Of a stretch of 64,000 nucleotides of DNA, positions 44,380 through 55,525 are shown one piece after another. How positions within the stretch are numbered: the stretch's first letter is position 1; each line of letters begins with the position of its first letter. The stretch spans positions 6,052-70,051 of the forward strand of contig JBEKKT010000007.1 in NCBI GenBank assembly GCA_050010535.1. Reading direction: 5' to 3'. The notes beneath the pieces are model-generated. The model worked only from the letters and a program-made list of their open reading frames with translations. It searched no databases and was not told the DNA's origin. Both the position numbers and the translations under genes were made by a program. Origin of the DNA: Methanomassiliicoccales archaeon. Its GTDB lineage: Archaea; Thermoplasmatota; Thermoplasmata; Methanomassiliicoccales; JACIVX01.

Positions 44380-45063
44380 TCACTGGGGACTCTTCTTCCG
44401 GACCTTCTCAACCATGATATTGATGACGTCTTCGTACAAGGGGGAGACCTTCCAACTGTGCGACTTCACAGTCTCCTTCTTTCCGCCGAAGAATCCGGTC
44501 TTCATCTTCTTTTCCCCGAACACAACCTGCAACCAGTCGTCATCCTTCTTGACCTCGATATCAAGTATGTTCTCGAAAGCCATCATGAAAAGTGGGTGCT
44601 CACCCGCCTTGGCCAATTCCTCCACAGTTACCATCTTTCTCCTAAGCCGGTCGAAATCCCTCCGCAAAGTTGTTCTCTCTTCGTAGTCACTGGAGGCTTC
44701 GATCGCCTTTGACAATTCAGCAAGCTTCTTCGCGGCTTCGTCCTCGTAACTGAGAATCGACCTCCTGCCGCTCACCAGGCCAACCTCAGTCAACGCGATG
44801 GCGAACTCGCAGGTTCTCAGTTCCCATCCAGACACAAGGACTTCTGAGTGATCCGGCCATGTGAAATCCTTGAATGCGGGCCAGGGAATCACCTTCTGAA
44901 TCTTCTGTCCCGTTCTTTTGGCGTAGTCTGCACTGTAGATCTCTTCCAGATTCGCCATCTCTTTCTTGCACATGTTGCAGACGCCGTTGTTCTCGATTTG
45001 GATTCTGGTTCCATTGAGCGCGAGCTCGCCTTCGGCCTTGCCGCATATGTTGCAGGTTTTCAT
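44380..45063 (-). CDS. Hypothetical protein with N-terminal zinc ribbon
   Basis: MKTCNICGK...VCNMCKKE. No further family recognised. The ORF track extends to 45111. Confidence 0.45.
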   Translation of the reverse strand: MKTCNICGKAEGELALNGTRIQIENNGVCNMCKKEMANLEEIYSADYAKRTGQKIQKVIPWPAFKDFTWPDHSEVLVSGWELRTCEFAIALTEVGLVSGRRSILSYEDEAAKKLAELSKAIEASSDYEERTTLRRDFDRLRRKMVTVEELAKAGEHPLFMMAFENILDIEVKKDDDWLQVVFGEKKMKTGFFGGKKETVKSHSWKVSPLYEDVINIMVEKVRKKSPQ

Positions 45064-45271
45064 TGGCAGTCCTCGGAGACTAACATGAATAATCGCAATG
45101 CGATTTAACATTTTGTGCTGGATTAGGCGTTGAAAAGGCCCCGCCCAATAGCAGTGTTCCGATTCGAAGGTGGAAACCTGAGTCGACGGTTCCGGGTCGT
45201 GCGATGGGTCGCTCCATCAATCTGGGGTGTTGTCGATTCCCCTGGTCCGGCAGGAGCTACCGTGAGTTACT

Positions 45272-45280
45272 CTTATATAG
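45272..45280 (+). promoter_or_regulatory. TATA-box-like element of the thermosome gene
   Basis: CTTATATAG about 80 nt upstream of ATG 45358. SD AAAGGAGGT at 45340-45348. Confidence 0.4.
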
Positions 45281-45357
45281 AAGAACAAACATACAAACCG
45301 TACTAGCTTTCAATGCTAGGAGTGTAGTTTAGTTAACGACAAAGGAGGTATAGCAAA

Positions 45358-47007
45358 ATGGCAATGGGAAATACACCTATACTGATTCTCAAGGAAGGCA
45401 CCAAGAGGGACAGAGGTAAGGACGCACAGAACAACAACATCATGGCTGCAAGGGCCATCGCTGATTCTGTTCGAAGCACGCTTGGTCCGAGGGGAATGGA
45501 CAAGATGTTGGTCGACAGCATGGGTGATGTCGTCATCACGAACGACGGTGTCACAATCCTGAAGGAGATGGATGTCGAACATCCTGCGGCGAAGATGCTC
45601 GTCGAGGTTGCCAAGACCCAGGACGAAGAGTGTGGTGACGGTACCACAACGGCGGTCATTCTAGCGGGGGAATTGCTGAAGAAAGCGGTTGATCTGATTG
45701 ACGCCAATGTTCACCCGACAATAATCAGTGGTGGCTACCGGCTCGCAGCCTCTAAGGCCACGGAGATACTCGAAGCAAACGCAATGCCGGTCGGAATCGC
45801 CGACAAGGAGACCCTGAGAAAGCTCGCCATGACCGCAATGATGAGCAAGGCAGTGAGTGGAGCTAGGGAGCACATGGCCGACTTATCGGTCGATGCGGTG
45901 ACTACGGTTGCCGAGAAGATCGATGGAAAGATGACGGTCGATCTCGACAACATCCAGGTCGTCAAAAAGCAGGGCGGATCGATGGATGACACTGAGATGA
46001 TCAAGGGGATAATCATCGATAAGGAGCCAGTTCACCCGGCGATGCCGAAGAAGATCGAGAACGCGAAGATTGCGCTCGTCGACGCTGCGCTCGAGATAAA
46101 GAAGACTGAGATCGATGCGAAGATCGAGATAAGGGACCCGTCCCAACTGCAGGCATTCCTCAATGAAGAGGAGAACATGCTGCGAAACATGGTGGATAAG
46201 GTCAAGAAGTCTGGCGCGAACGTCATGTTCTGCCAGAAGGGAATAGACGATCTCGCTCAGCATTTCCTGCAGAAGGAAGGAATCTACGCCGTGCGTAGGG
46301 TAAAGAAGTCCGACATGGAGAAGCTCTCCAAGGCCACTGGCGCGAACATTGTCAGCAAGCTGACCGAGCTGGAGAAGGCGGATCTTGGGCAGGCGGAGCT
46401 CGTGGAGCTGCGCAGGTACCAGGAGGATGAGATGACCTTCGTTACTGGATGCAAGAATCCGAAGGCGGTGTCGGTCCTGATCAGAGGCGGCACGGAGCAC
46501 GTCGTGGACGAAATCGAGCGGTCGCTCGACGACGCCATGAGCGTGGTCGCTGTCGCGATCGAGGATGGCAAGATGATCACCGGTGGAGGTTCCACAGCTG
46601 TGGAGCTTGCCATGAGGCTGAGAGAGTATTCAGCCACGGTCGGTGGCAGGGAACAGATCGCAATTGACGCCTTTGCCAGCGCGATGGAAGTCGTTCCGAC
46701 AGCGCTTGCCGAAAACGCAGGCCTCGATCCGATTGACATACTAATCGATCTGAGAAAGGCACATAAGTCTGGCAAGGCCCACGCTGGAGTCAATGTCTAC
46801 ACCGGCAAGGTCGTGGATATGCTGAAGGAGAACGTCATCGAACCCTTCCGCGTTGGCAGGCAGGCCATACACTCCGCCACAGACGCTGCGGTCATGATCC
46901 TGAGGATCGACGATGTCATCGCGTCCAAGGGAGGAAGGCCTGGACCGGGTGGACCAGGCGGACCTGGCGGAATGGGCGGCGGCGAAGGCCTCGGAGACGA
47001 GGACTGA
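45358..47007 (+). CDS. ths: Thermosome subunit (group II chaperonin)
   Basis: 549 aa. [26 protein letters not shown], and a GGM-type C-terminal tail. Confidence 0.96.
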   Translation: MAMGNTPILILKEGTKRDRGKDAQNNNIMAARAIADSVRSTLGPRGMDKMLVDSMGDVVITNDGVTILKEMDVEHPAAKMLVEVAKTQDEECGDGTTTAVILAGELLKKAVDLIDANVHPTIISGGYRLAASKATEILEANAMPVGIADKETLRKLAMTAMMSKAVSGAREHMADLSVDAVTTVAEKIDGKMTVDLDNIQVVKKQGGSMDDTEMIKGIIIDKEPVHPAMPKKIENAKIALVDAALEIKKTEIDAKIEIRDPSQLQAFLNEEENMLRNMVDKVKKSGANVMFCQKGIDDLAQHFLQKEGIYAVRRVKKSDMEKLSKATGANIVSKLTELEKADLGQAELVELRRYQEDEMTFVTGCKNPKAVSVLIRGGTEHVVDEIERSLDDAMSVVAVAIEDGKMITGGGSTAVELAMRLREYSATVGGREQIAIDAFASAMEVVPTALAENAGLDPIDILIDLRKAHKSGKAHAGVNVYTGKVVDMLKENVIEPFRVGRQAIHSATDAAVMILRIDDVIASKGGRPGPGGPGGPGGMGGGEGLGDED

Positions 47008-47084
47008 AACTGATCGTGAATGAGGGAGGACACTCCCCGTAAACCTTTTCTATCAATCTTATTCTAGAAATGTCATGATAATCT

Positions 47085-47678
47085 ATGGGATTGAAAGCTG
47101 GTGGACGCGTGAGCGATACCGTCGGGAACAACATGGATGCAGGAGCCGAATCCGAAGCCGAATCGACCGACGAGGTCTCCAAGCTCAAGCAGGAGATCGC
47201 GGAGATCAGGAAGGAGCTGGAGAACCAGGTCACAGCTGCAAGGGAGTACTTGGACGCTGCGAAGAAAATCCAGGCGGATTTTGACAATCACAAGAAGCGC
47301 ACCCAGAGGGAGCGCGAGGAGTTCGTTAAGATGTCGAACGAGAGACTCATCTACGAACTTCTGCCGATGTTGGACGACCTCGAACGGGCTCTCAGTGTGT
47401 CCTGCAGCTCTGAAGAGCTCAAGACGGGGATCAGTCAAGTTCACGACAATCTGGTTTCACTTCTGAAGGGCTACGGTCTGAGGGAGATCCCGTCGGAGGG
47501 TAGGTTCGACCCCCAGTATCATGAGGCTCTGAGCACTGGAGATGGGACCGATGGCGACATATTGGAGGTATATCAGAAAGGTTATTTCCTTGGCCCTCGC
47601 GTACTGAGACATTCGAAGGTCAAGGTAGCAAAGCAATCAGAAGAAGGTGAGAGTAATGTCGAGAACAATCGGAATTGA
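47085..47678 (+). CDS. grpE: Nucleotide exchange factor GrpE
   Basis: Coiled-coil N-terminus, [14 protein letters not shown]-terminal beta domain [17 protein letters not shown] 47133 is an alternative start. Confidence 0.9.
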   Translation: MGLKAGGRVSDTVGNNMDAGAESEAESTDEVSKLKQEIAEIRKELENQVTAAREYLDAAKKIQADFDNHKKRTQREREEFVKMSNERLIYELLPMLDDLERALSVSCSSEELKTGISQVHDNLVSLLKGYGLREIPSEGRFDPQYHEALSTGDGTDGDILEVYQKGYFLGPRVLRHSKVKVAKQSEEGESNVENNRN

Positions 47679-49440
47679 TTTGGGTACGAGCAATTCAGCT
47701 GCGGCTGTAATGGAGGCGGGGCGACCGACGATAATACCAAGTGCTGAGGGGACGAGCCTAGGTGGCAAAGCATTTCCATCTTACGTCGCGTTCACGAAGG
47801 ACGGGCAACTCATAGTAGGGGAGCCAGCAAGGAGACAGGCCGTGACGAATCCTGAAGGCACGATCGCTGCGATTAAAAGGAAGATGGGGACAGACTACAA
47901 GGTCAAGGTCTATGGCAAGGAGTATACCCCTCAGCAGATCTCGGCCTACATTCTTCAAAAGATCAAGCGGGATGCTGAAGCATATCTCGGAGATCAGGTC
48001 ACGAAGGCTGTAATCACCGTTCCTGCCTATTTCAATGACAATCAGAGGCAGGCCACCAAAGATGCAGGGGCTATCGCCGGGCTTGAGGTCATCAGAATAG
48101 TGAATGAGCCGACGGCGGCCGCATTGGCATATGGTTTGGACAAATCAGGCAAAGCACAAAAAATCATGGTCTTCGATTTCGGTGGCGGGACACTGGATGT
48201 CACGATAATGGATTTCAGTGAGGGGGTATTCGAGGTCGTCTCCACGAATGGCGATACTCAGCTAGGTGGAACGGACATGGATGAGATACTCATGAAGTTC
48301 GTGGCTGAGAGTTTCAAAAGGGACAACGGAATCGACCTCATGAATGACAAGATGGCTATGTGGAGGGTTCGTGAGGCATGCGAGAAGGCGAAGATCGAGC
48401 TCTCGACCACGATGTCGACGGACATCAACTTGCCTTTCATAACGGCCGACGCCGCTGGACCTAGACATCTTGCAATGGCGATAACCAGATCCAAGCTTGA
48501 GGAACTGGTCGGACCTGTTGTGGAGCGTTGTCGGGGGCCGATGCTCACGGCGATGAGCGACGCACACCTAAATGCGGATCAGATCGATAGCGTGATACTT
48601 GTCGGGGGACCGACAAGGATGCCAATCGTCCAAAGGTTCGTCGAGACGATGGTCGGCAAGAAGATCCAGCGTGGAGTGGATCCGATGGAGTGCGTCGCGA
48701 TGGGCGCCGCTATCCAAGGAGCCGTTCTTTCCGGAGAGGTCAAGGACGTCCTCCTGCTGGATGTGACCCCATTGTCGCTCGGAATCGAGACGTTGGGTGG
48801 CATCGCCACTCGACTTATCGAAAGAAACACGACGATCCCTACGAGGAAGAGCCAGATATTCACAACGGCTGCGGACAACCAGACAAGCGTCGAAATACAT
48901 GTGGTCCAGGGCGAGAGAGAAATGGCTGCATACAACACTTCTCTGGGTAGATTCCACCTTATGGGGATCCCCCCTGCTCCTAGGGGTGTCCCACAGATCG
49001 AGGTTACCTTCGACATCGATGCGAACGGCATAACAAATGTCTCCGCGAAGGACCTGGGTACTGGGAAGGAACAGCGGATGGACGACAGGAAGCAGAAGGA
49101 GAAGGTGGAACTAGTCAACCAGGCTGATACCCTTATCTACACCAGCGAGAAGACGGTCAACGAGCTCGGCGATAAGGTGACAACTGAAGAGAAGGAGAGG
49201 ATAAGGAATGCCGTTGAGGAGCTCCGGGGTGCCATCGGCGGCAACGATACATCCGCGATTAAGGCGAAGATGGACGTCCTGATGAAGGAGATCTACCAAG
49301 TCTCAACGAGGATCTATCAAGCAGGCGCAGCTCAGCAGAAGGGCGAGGGCCAGCAGGAAAGCAAGCCCGGGGATGAAAGCGGCAAGGGCGATGAAAAAGG
49401 ATATACGGACGCCGACTTTCACATTGTTGACGACAAGTAA
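47656..49440 (+). CDS. dnaK: Hsp70 chaperone DnaK (shortened SBD-lid junction)
   Basis: [38 protein letters not shown] before ATG 47656. See the finding on the missing KITI...segment. Confidence 0.95.
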   Translation: MSRTIGIDLGTSNSAAAVMEAGRPTIIPSAEGTSLGGKAFPSYVAFTKDGQLIVGEPARRQAVTNPEGTIAAIKRKMGTDYKVKVYGKEYTPQQISAYILQKIKRDAEAYLGDQVTKAVITVPAYFNDNQRQATKDAGAIAGLEVIRIVNEPTAAALAYGLDKSGKAQKIMVFDFGGGTLDVTIMDFSEGVFEVVSTNGDTQLGGTDMDEILMKFVAESFKRDNGIDLMNDKMAMWRVREACEKAKIELSTTMSTDINLPFITADAAGPRHLAMAITRSKLEELVGPVVERCRGPMLTAMSDAHLNADQIDSVILVGGPTRMPIVQRFVETMVGKKIQRGVDPMECVAMGAAIQGAVLSGEVKDVLLLDVTPLSLGIETLGGIATRLIERNTTIPTRKSQIFTTAADNQTSVEIHVVQGEREMAAYNTSLGRFHLMGIPPAPRGVPQIEVTFDIDANGITNVSAKDLGTGKEQRMDDRKQKEKVELVNQADTLIYTSEKTVNELGDKVTTEEKERIRNAVEELRGAIGGNDTSAIKAKMDVLMKEIYQVSTRIYQAGAAQQKGEGQQESKPGDESGKGDEKGYTDADFHIVDDK

Positions 49441-49462
49441 ACTCGCTACTGGATGACCTCGA

Positions 49463-50632
49463 ATGACCAAGAGGGACTACTACGAGGTGCTGGGCGTCGG
49501 AAGGAACGCTTCAGAGGAAGAAATAAAGAAGGCATATCGCCAACTCGCGAGAGAGTACCATCCCGACGTCTCGAAGCTTGACAGAAAGACCGCTGAGGAG
49601 AAGTTCAAGGAGATCTCTGAGGCCTATGAGGTTCTCGCTGACCCCGAGAAGAAGAGGCTCTACGACGCGTATGGCCATGCCGGAGTTAGTGGGCAGTTCA
49701 AAGAAGGGTCCTTCAATTGGGGCGACTTCAGCCACTTCGGGGACCTTCGAGACATGTTCTCTGATCTCGGTGCTTTCGGCTTCGGGGGAACTGGTTTTGG
49801 GGACAGCATTTTCGATGTGATGTTCGGGCGTGGTAACGGCGCATCGCAAGGCCGTCGACAAAGAAGGGGACAGTCGCTCAGATACGACATCGAAATCACC
49901 CTTGAGGAGGCGGCATCCGGTATCTCTAAGGAAATATCGATATTTCACTCGGTTAAATGCGAGTCCTGCGGCGGGACAGGCGCTAAGGACGGAAAGGTGA
50001 CATCATGTCCCACCTGCGGCGGAAAGGGGCAAGTAAGCAGGGCGGAAAGAAGAGGATATAATCAGTATGTCTCCATAACGACCTGTCCGAAGTGCAAGGG
50101 GACGGGCAGGATATCGAATGAGGCATGTCCCAGTTGCAAAGGCAGCGGAACGGTCTTTAAGACATCAAGGTTGAGTATCGACATCCCAAAGGGGATAAAG
50201 GATGGAACGAATCTAAGGGTGCCGGGTGCTGGTGAGGCAGATACGGGAGGCGGACCTCCGGGCGATCTGTTCGTGGTCGTTCATGTGAAGAGGCACGACG
50301 TCTTCAAAAGGGACGGACGAGACATATGGATTGAGTGGCCGATAACCTTTGCTCAGGCCGCTCTTGGGGATGAAATCGAGATCCCCACTCTGAAAGGGAA
50401 AGCCAGACTCAAGATCCCCGCCGGGACTCAGGGAGACGCCGTGTTCAGGTTGAAGAAGAGCGGCATCGAGATGGTGGATGGGAGCGCTATCGGGGACCAG
50501 TATGTTCGGGTCAGAATAGCTGTGCCTGAGAAGCTGAGCCATGAGCAGAAGGAACTGCTGAGGCGCTTTGCGGATTTGGAAGGAGAACCAAAAGGGAAGT
50601 TCTCGAGGTTCAAGAGGGGACGTTCCAGCTAG
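49463..50632 (+). CDS. dnaJ: Co-chaperone DnaJ (type I)
   Basis: J domain with HPD, G/F-rich region, four CxxCxGxG repeats. Confidence 0.96.
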   Translation: MTKRDYYEVLGVGRNASEEEIKKAYRQLAREYHPDVSKLDRKTAEEKFKEISEAYEVLADPEKKRLYDAYGHAGVSGQFKEGSFNWGDFSHFGDLRDMFSDLGAFGFGGTGFGDSIFDVMFGRGNGASQGRRQRRGQSLRYDIEITLEEAASGISKEISIFHSVKCESCGGTGAKDGKVTSCPTCGGKGQVSRAERRGYNQYVSITTCPKCKGTGRISNEACPSCKGSGTVFKTSRLSIDIPKGIKDGTNLRVPGAGEADTGGGPPGDLFVVVHVKRHDVFKRDGRDIWIEWPITFAQAALGDEIEIPTLKGKARLKIPAGTQGDAVFRLKKSGIEMVDGSAIGDQYVRVRIAVPEKLSHEQKELLRRFADLEGEPKGKFSRFKRGRSS

Positions 50633-50637
50633 AGTTC

Positions 50638-50653
50638 ATGTTTTCATTTTGTG
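50638..50653 (+). terminator. Oligo-T tracts after dnaJ
   Basis: ATGTTTTCATTTTGTG begins 6 nt after the TAG stop. Confidence 0.35.
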
Positions 50654-50725
50654 AAGACTTTCAGAAAAGCATAATCCATAGAACTACATGTCGCCCTAGA
50701 GAGCTTTGAATCAGAGTGAACCGAC

Positions 50726-51979
50726 ATGCGTCTTCCAACCACCTCTTTCAAGGGGTACGACCGGAGGTTGTGGGTATTATTCGTAGGAAGGATGGTAGGG
50801 GCAGCTGGCTTCTCGGTCGTGATGCCTTTTCTAGCGATCTACCTACACGACAGGGTCGGGGTCCCGATGTCTTATGTCGGGTTGATTTTCCTTGCGTCAT
50901 CCGCCACTGGTGCGATTGGGCAGGTGGCTGGTGGAGAGATCGCCGATAAATTCGGGCGAAAGAACGTAATGGTGTTCGCACAAGGAACGCGTGCTGGTAT
51001 ATTCGTTATTATAAGCTTAGTAATCGCAACCCAGATGGATCTTCTTCTCATTGCGGTCCTCGTCATTTGCAGCTCGCTCGTCGGCAACATCTTCGAGCCC
51101 GCCTCGAATGCGATGATCGCGGACGTGGTCTCTCCGGGCAAGCGGCTGGAGGCGTACGGCCTTCTTAGGATCGGTGTCAACATCGGCTGGGCTCTCGGTC
51201 CCCTTATCGGAGGGTTTCTAGCTGCAGTATCCTACTCTTCTCTCTTTCTTCTCACCGCGGTGACGAGCGGGACCGTTGCGCTCATAATGACCCTGGGCGT
51301 GGAGGAGTCAATGCGCGGGGGAGGTGCGAGGGAAGGGTTCAGTTTCAGAGATCTTGGGAGGATACGGGGGAACAAGCGGTTCGTCTTTTTTTGTGCGATG
51401 TCCTTCCTGCTCTTCATCGTGGTCGCTCAGATGTCGACGACATACTCGGTATTCTCTACCGATGTTGTCGGCGTCTCAGAGGTCGAGATTGGTTATCTTT
51501 TTACCATCAACGGAGTTCTCGTTGTTCTCCTTCAACTGCCAATGGCCCGATATCTCACCAAGTTCAAAATGTCCACGGTGATCGCCGTCGGTGCCTTGGT
51601 CTATGCTGCAGGCTACTTCCTCGTCGCATTTGCTCAGGATTTCCTGTTCCTGGCATTTTGTATGTTTGTAATCACGATGGGGGAGAACACAACCTCTCCT
51701 TCATCTATGAACCTCGTTGCAAATATGTCTCCGGAAAAGGAGCGTGGCAGGTACATGGGGATCTTCGGACTGTCCACTTCATTTGGGTATTCGCTCGCCC
51801 CTTTCATTGGAGGTGTTCTGCTCGATGTAACAGTTGGCGCTCCTGCACTTCTGTGGGGAATAATCGCGATATTTGGAATTGTGAGCGCCATCGGGTACTT
51901 GCGTATGGGGCGCGACATGCCTGGGGAGCTTGACCGGGCCAGGAGCACAGTTTCCCGAGACGATGAGAGGAAGGGTTAA
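50726..51979 (+). CDS. MFS transporter
   Basis: 417 aa, about 12 TM, with an MFS loop motif GEIADKFGRKNV. Confidence 0.85.
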   Translation: MRLPTTSFKGYDRRLWVLFVGRMVGAAGFSVVMPFLAIYLHDRVGVPMSYVGLIFLASSATGAIGQVAGGEIADKFGRKNVMVFAQGTRAGIFVIISLVIATQMDLLLIAVLVICSSLVGNIFEPASNAMIADVVSPGKRLEAYGLLRIGVNIGWALGPLIGGFLAAVSYSSLFLLTAVTSGTVALIMTLGVEESMRGGGAREGFSFRDLGRIRGNKRFVFFCAMSFLLFIVVAQMSTTYSVFSTDVVGVSEVEIGYLFTINGVLVVLLQLPMARYLTKFKMSTVIAVGALVYAAGYFLVAFAQDFLFLAFCMFVITMGENTTSPSSMNLVANMSPEKERGRYMGIFGLSTSFGYSLAPFIGGVLLDVTVGAPALLWGIIAIFGIVSAIGYLRMGRDMPGELDRARSTVSRDDERKG

Positions 51980-52008
51980 GACAATCCGCCCGCATCAGAT
52001 ACTATAGG

Positions 52009-52755
52009 ATGAAGATCATCGCCATAATGACCGACAATTTCAGATTCTTCTATCAGATCGTCCAAGATCTGAAGGAGAAGGACGAACCCTTCATCTCCCT
52101 GGGCTTTGGGGACCACGTCCCTCCTGCGGTCGGAGTGATCATCACCACCGAGGCCGAGAAGACCAGGATAACATTCCCTACCGTCGTCGCTGACGACGAT
52201 CCCTATCAGGCCGTCGATGTCGCGTCGGCGATATTGAAGGGCGGTAAGGATTTTGAGAACCTGAAGATAGGTATCGACCCTGGAAGCAGACCAGGATTGG
52301 CTGTCCTAGGTGACGGTAAGGTGTTGTTCACCGACGCCGTTCGTTCCCCGGAACAGGTTGCGGACACCATTGATCACGTCCTTGTCTGTTTCACTCACGC
52401 CAACTCTGTTGTCAGAATTGGCCACGGCGACAGAACGAACCGAAATCGTATTATCAAGGCGATCTGGGACAAGGTGGACGAGGTTGAGATCGTTGACGAG
52501 ACGAACACGACTACCAGAAGCGACACCCCTGACGTCGATGCGGCGCTCAGCATCGCGACTTCATCGGGGCATAGACTTTCTTCCCCGCCCGAGATCTCGC
52601 CCACCGCGGGCGAAATCCGCGACATACAAAGGCTGAGCAGGATCGAGAGCGGGGGCAGGGTGACAATATCATCTCTGCTGGCCAAAGCAGTGGCGCGGGG
52701 TGAGCTGACGCTGGATGGGGCTATAAGGGCACAGAGCAAGAAGGTCAGACGTTGA
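52009..52755 (+). CDS. Hypothetical protein with RuvX/YqgF-like RNase H-fold signature
   Basis: IGIDPGSRPGLAVLGDGKVLF, VEIVDETNTT and PDVDAALSIA resemble the YqgF catalytic motifs (GiDpG, vDErlTT, vDa.AA). The N-terminal 85 aa are unassigned. Confidence 0.45.
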   Translation: MKIIAIMTDNFRFFYQIVQDLKEKDEPFISLGFGDHVPPAVGVIITTEAEKTRITFPTVVADDDPYQAVDVASAILKGGKDFENLKIGIDPGSRPGLAVLGDGKVLFTDAVRSPEQVADTIDHVLVCFTHANSVVRIGHGDRTNRNRIIKAIWDKVDEVEIVDETNTTTRSDTPDVDAALSIATSSGHRLSSPPEISPTAGEIRDIQRLSRIESGGRVTISSLLAKAVARGELTLDGAIRAQSKKVRR

Positions 52756-54271
52756 CCCTTGAGAAGGAAGGAATCTTAGCAAGGAGCATCCCTTCTATAG
52801 ACACTGAATCCGTCCTCCTTGCCATGTCGGCAGCCCGTTCGAGCTTAAGCTCGTTTTCTGCATAGATTGTGTATAGCGTCTCGCCCATCTCGACCTGGTG
52901 CCCCCTCTTCTTGTTCAGCAAAATCCCTGCACCTTTATCCTTCGGAGCACCGGCAAGTCTAGCTATCCGAACCAGGTCCTTGTTGTTGATCGCAGAAACG
53001 TATCCAGATTTCCTGGCGGCAACATCGTAAGTGTACTGACCTACCTTTATATCCTTTGACTTGACGTTCGGGTCACCACCCTGGGCCTGTACGATTTCCT
53101 TGAACTTCTTCAGGGCCCTCCCGGACTCAAGGATTTCCTTGGCCCTCTCGACACCATTGCCTATTCCGCCCAGTTCGAGGAGCATGCCCGCTAATCCGCA
53201 GGACTTCTCGATGACACTTCCTGGGTACTTCTTCTCCCCTTCCAGTATGCTGATAGCCTCTCTAGCCTCCAGAGACGGTCCGATTGCCCTACCTACAGGC
53301 TGTCCTCCGTAGGTGACAGCGCACTCGACCTTTATTCCGAGCGCTTCGCCCAGGTCGATGAAGTCGCGGGCGTACGCCCTCGCCTCATCCATATTCTTGA
53401 CCTTGGTCCCCTCTCCCATCGGTATGTCTATGACCACGTAATCGGCGCCGGCCGCCTTCTTCTTCGACATGACGGATGCGAGCAGCTGGGCGTGAGGATC
53501 GATGCCAAGCGGATACTCCACTCTGATTATCAGATCGTCCGCCGGTGCCAAGTTCATGGATCCTCCCCAAGCCAACGTCCCTCCCACCTTCTCGGCTATC
53601 CTTTTCAGATCGGACGAGCTGAACTCGACAGGGGCGAACACCTCCACGATGTCTGCGGTGCCTCCGGCACTGCTGATCGCCCTCGAAGACGTCTTTGGTA
53701 TGAGAAATCCAGCGGCTGCGACGATCGGGACGATAATCAGCGTCACCTTGTTACCTGGTACGCCGCCGACGCTGTGGAAATCGAAGACTGGGGAGCGATC
53801 GAATTCGATGGTCTCCCCACTCTCCACCATAGCGATCGTGAGATCCACAGTCTCGCGGAGGTTCATGCCATTGATGTGGAGCGCGGTCACGTAAGCCGAC
53901 ATCTCGATGTTGGACAGATTCCTCGCCGCGATGTCGCCCACTAGATTCCTTATCTCCTCTGTGGAGAGCTCCCCTCCGTCCATCTTCTTCTTTATGCAGT
54001 CGACGGACTCCGGCCTGCCAGTACAAAGTACCTCGACCTCTTCCCCGGATTCCGCATGGAGGGTTGTGAAGGTCTTCCCGAGTATCCCGATCTCGCCTGG
54101 GTTCACGACGGAATCGGTCGTGTGAACGATGGCCGTGATGGTGTCCTTGGTCTCGTGCTTGATCTTGACTCTGTCTTGCTCTCTGACGCCGAGTTCCATG
54201 CAGTCCTCCTCGTGGAGGACTGCAGTCAGTTCTCCGGTGTCCATGTCGATGTATCTCGCTTTCAGTTTCAT
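52745..54271 (-). CDS. deoA: AMP phosphorylase (thymidine phosphorylase family)
   Basis: MKLKARYIDMDTGE N-terminal domain typical of archaeal AMPpase, plus glycosyltransferase family-3 core motifs (HSVGGVPGNK, SSRAISSAGGTAD). ATGA overlap with the rbcL stop. GTG 54283 is an alternative start. Confidence 0.9.
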   Translation of the reverse strand: MKLKARYIDMDTGELTAVLHEEDCMELGVREQDRVKIKHETKDTITAIVHTTDSVVNPGEIGILGKTFTTLHAESGEEVEVLCTGRPESVDCIKKKMDGGELSTEEIRNLVGDIAARNLSNIEMSAYVTALHINGMNLRETVDLTIAMVESGETIEFDRSPVFDFHSVGGVPGNKVTLIIVPIVAAAGFLIPKTSSRAISSAGGTADIVEVFAPVEFSSSDLKRIAEKVGGTLAWGGSMNLAPADDLIIRVEYPLGIDPHAQLLASVMSKKKAAGADYVVIDIPMGEGTKVKNMDEARAYARDFIDLGEALGIKVECAVTYGGQPVGRAIGPSLEAREAISILEGEKKYPGSVIEKSCGLAGMLLELGGIGNGVERAKEILESGRALKKFKEIVQAQGGDPNVKSKDIKVGQYTYDVAARKSGYVSAINNKDLVRIARLAGAPKDKGAGILLNKKRGHQVEMGETLYTIYAENELKLERAADMARRTDSVSIEGMLLAKIPSFSRVNV

Positions 54272-55524
54272 CCCGATCCCCACCTTTCGAGAGCGATTCC
54301 GAGCTCTCTGTGATCCTTCGCGTAGACGTCCAGTGGAGTCCCTTGGAAAGCCGCGTCTACCGCCTGGGACATCGCAGCCGCGCCCGCCCGGATGCCTTCC
54401 GGGTGTCCTGCGACGCCTCCCCCTGCCTGTATCTGGATGTTGTTTCCGGCGATCTCGATCAGCTTGCGGACAAGACTCGGATGAACTCCGCCGGAGCAGA
54501 CGGAGATCATCGGCCTGTATCTGACCTCATTGTCTTTGCAAGCCCGCTGCGTCTCCAGATCCTCCTTCGGGTCACCCTTCATCTTGCCGACTCCGAATGT
54601 CCCGACGTGCAAAGCATCTCCTCCGCACATGCGGATGAGCTTGGCCATGGGTCGCATCGCTATTCCGTGATCCTTGTTCCTCGTTATTGCCGCATGCATC
54701 GTCCTGTGGACGTGTATCGGTACTTTGATCGATGGATCCTCCGCCAGGGCCTGGACGGCCGAAAAACCGCAGGTCAGGACGTCGACCATAATCTCGGTCG
54801 CACCGAGTTTCTGGGCCTTCTCAGCCACCTCGACAATCTTGTCCCCTCGAGTCGAGACGTTGATCGCGTGTATCATGACGTGACCGGACTCGCTTTTCAA
54901 CCTGTCGAGCGCCTCAGCAATTGCCACGACCCGATTCTCCAGCGGGCAGAACTTCTGGTCGACCAGGGTCTCGTCGTCCTTGCCGTTCGTGAGTCCGCCC
55001 ATGCCCGCTTCGAAGACGTACGCCGCCGTTTCCTTTGGAGACAGTCCAATCTTCGGCTTGACTATCGTCCCGACTAGCGGTTTCTCCGGTCTCTTCAAGA
55101 TGTTCCTGATTCCCTGTATCCCGAACTTAGGTCCTTTGAACGCGTCAAGGATCGAACGAGGGAACTCGACGTCCTCGAGGCGTATGCCCTTCAGGATCTC
55201 CAGCCCAAAAAGGTTGCCCGCGATGATGCTCAGTATCTGCGGAACGCCCCCGACTTCGAGGCTGAAATCCTCGACAGGAAAGGCAACGGTCACAATGTTG
55301 CCCTTGATGTCGATGACCTTCCCGCTCAATCTGGAGAAGATGTCCTTATGAAGCGTCGTCAGTCCCGTCCAAGTGCCCGTCGATTGCTCGGTGGCTATCG
55401 CCGCCGCGGCCCTCCTCATGGGAAGGTCGGTCTTCACCTTGTACTTGCAGATGACGTGCGCATCAAGGTCTATCTTCTCGCCGAGATGCAGATACTTCCC
55501 AGAGTATTCCATGTGAATCACCAA
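54268..55524 (-). CDS. rbcL: RuBisCO large subunit, form III
   Basis: Catalytic residues are in place: KPKIGLS, GKDDE (carbamylated Lys context), HVHRTMHAA, LHVGT, GKMKGD, CSGGVHP, QAGGGVAGHP. The start may be ATG 55512. Confidence 0.9.
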   Translation of the reverse strand: MVIHMEYSGKYLHLGEKIDLDAHVICKYKVKTDLPMRRAAAAIATEQSTGTWTGLTTLHKDIFSRLSGKVIDIKGNIVTVAFPVEDFSLEVGGVPQILSIIAGNLFGLEILKGIRLEDVEFPRSILDAFKGPKFGIQGIRNILKRPEKPLVGTIVKPKIGLSPKETAAYVFEAGMGGLTNGKDDETLVDQKFCPLENRVVAIAEALDRLKSESGHVMIHAINVSTRGDKIVEVAEKAQKLGATEIMVDVLTCGFSAVQALAEDPSIKVPIHVHRTMHAAITRNKDHGIAMRPMAKLIRMCGGDALHVGTFGVGKMKGDPKEDLETQRACKDNEVRYRPMISVCSGGVHPSLVRKLIEIAGNNIQIQAGGGVAGHPEGIRAGAAAMSQAVDAAFQGTPLDVYAKDHRELGIALERWGSG

Positions 55525-55525
55525 A

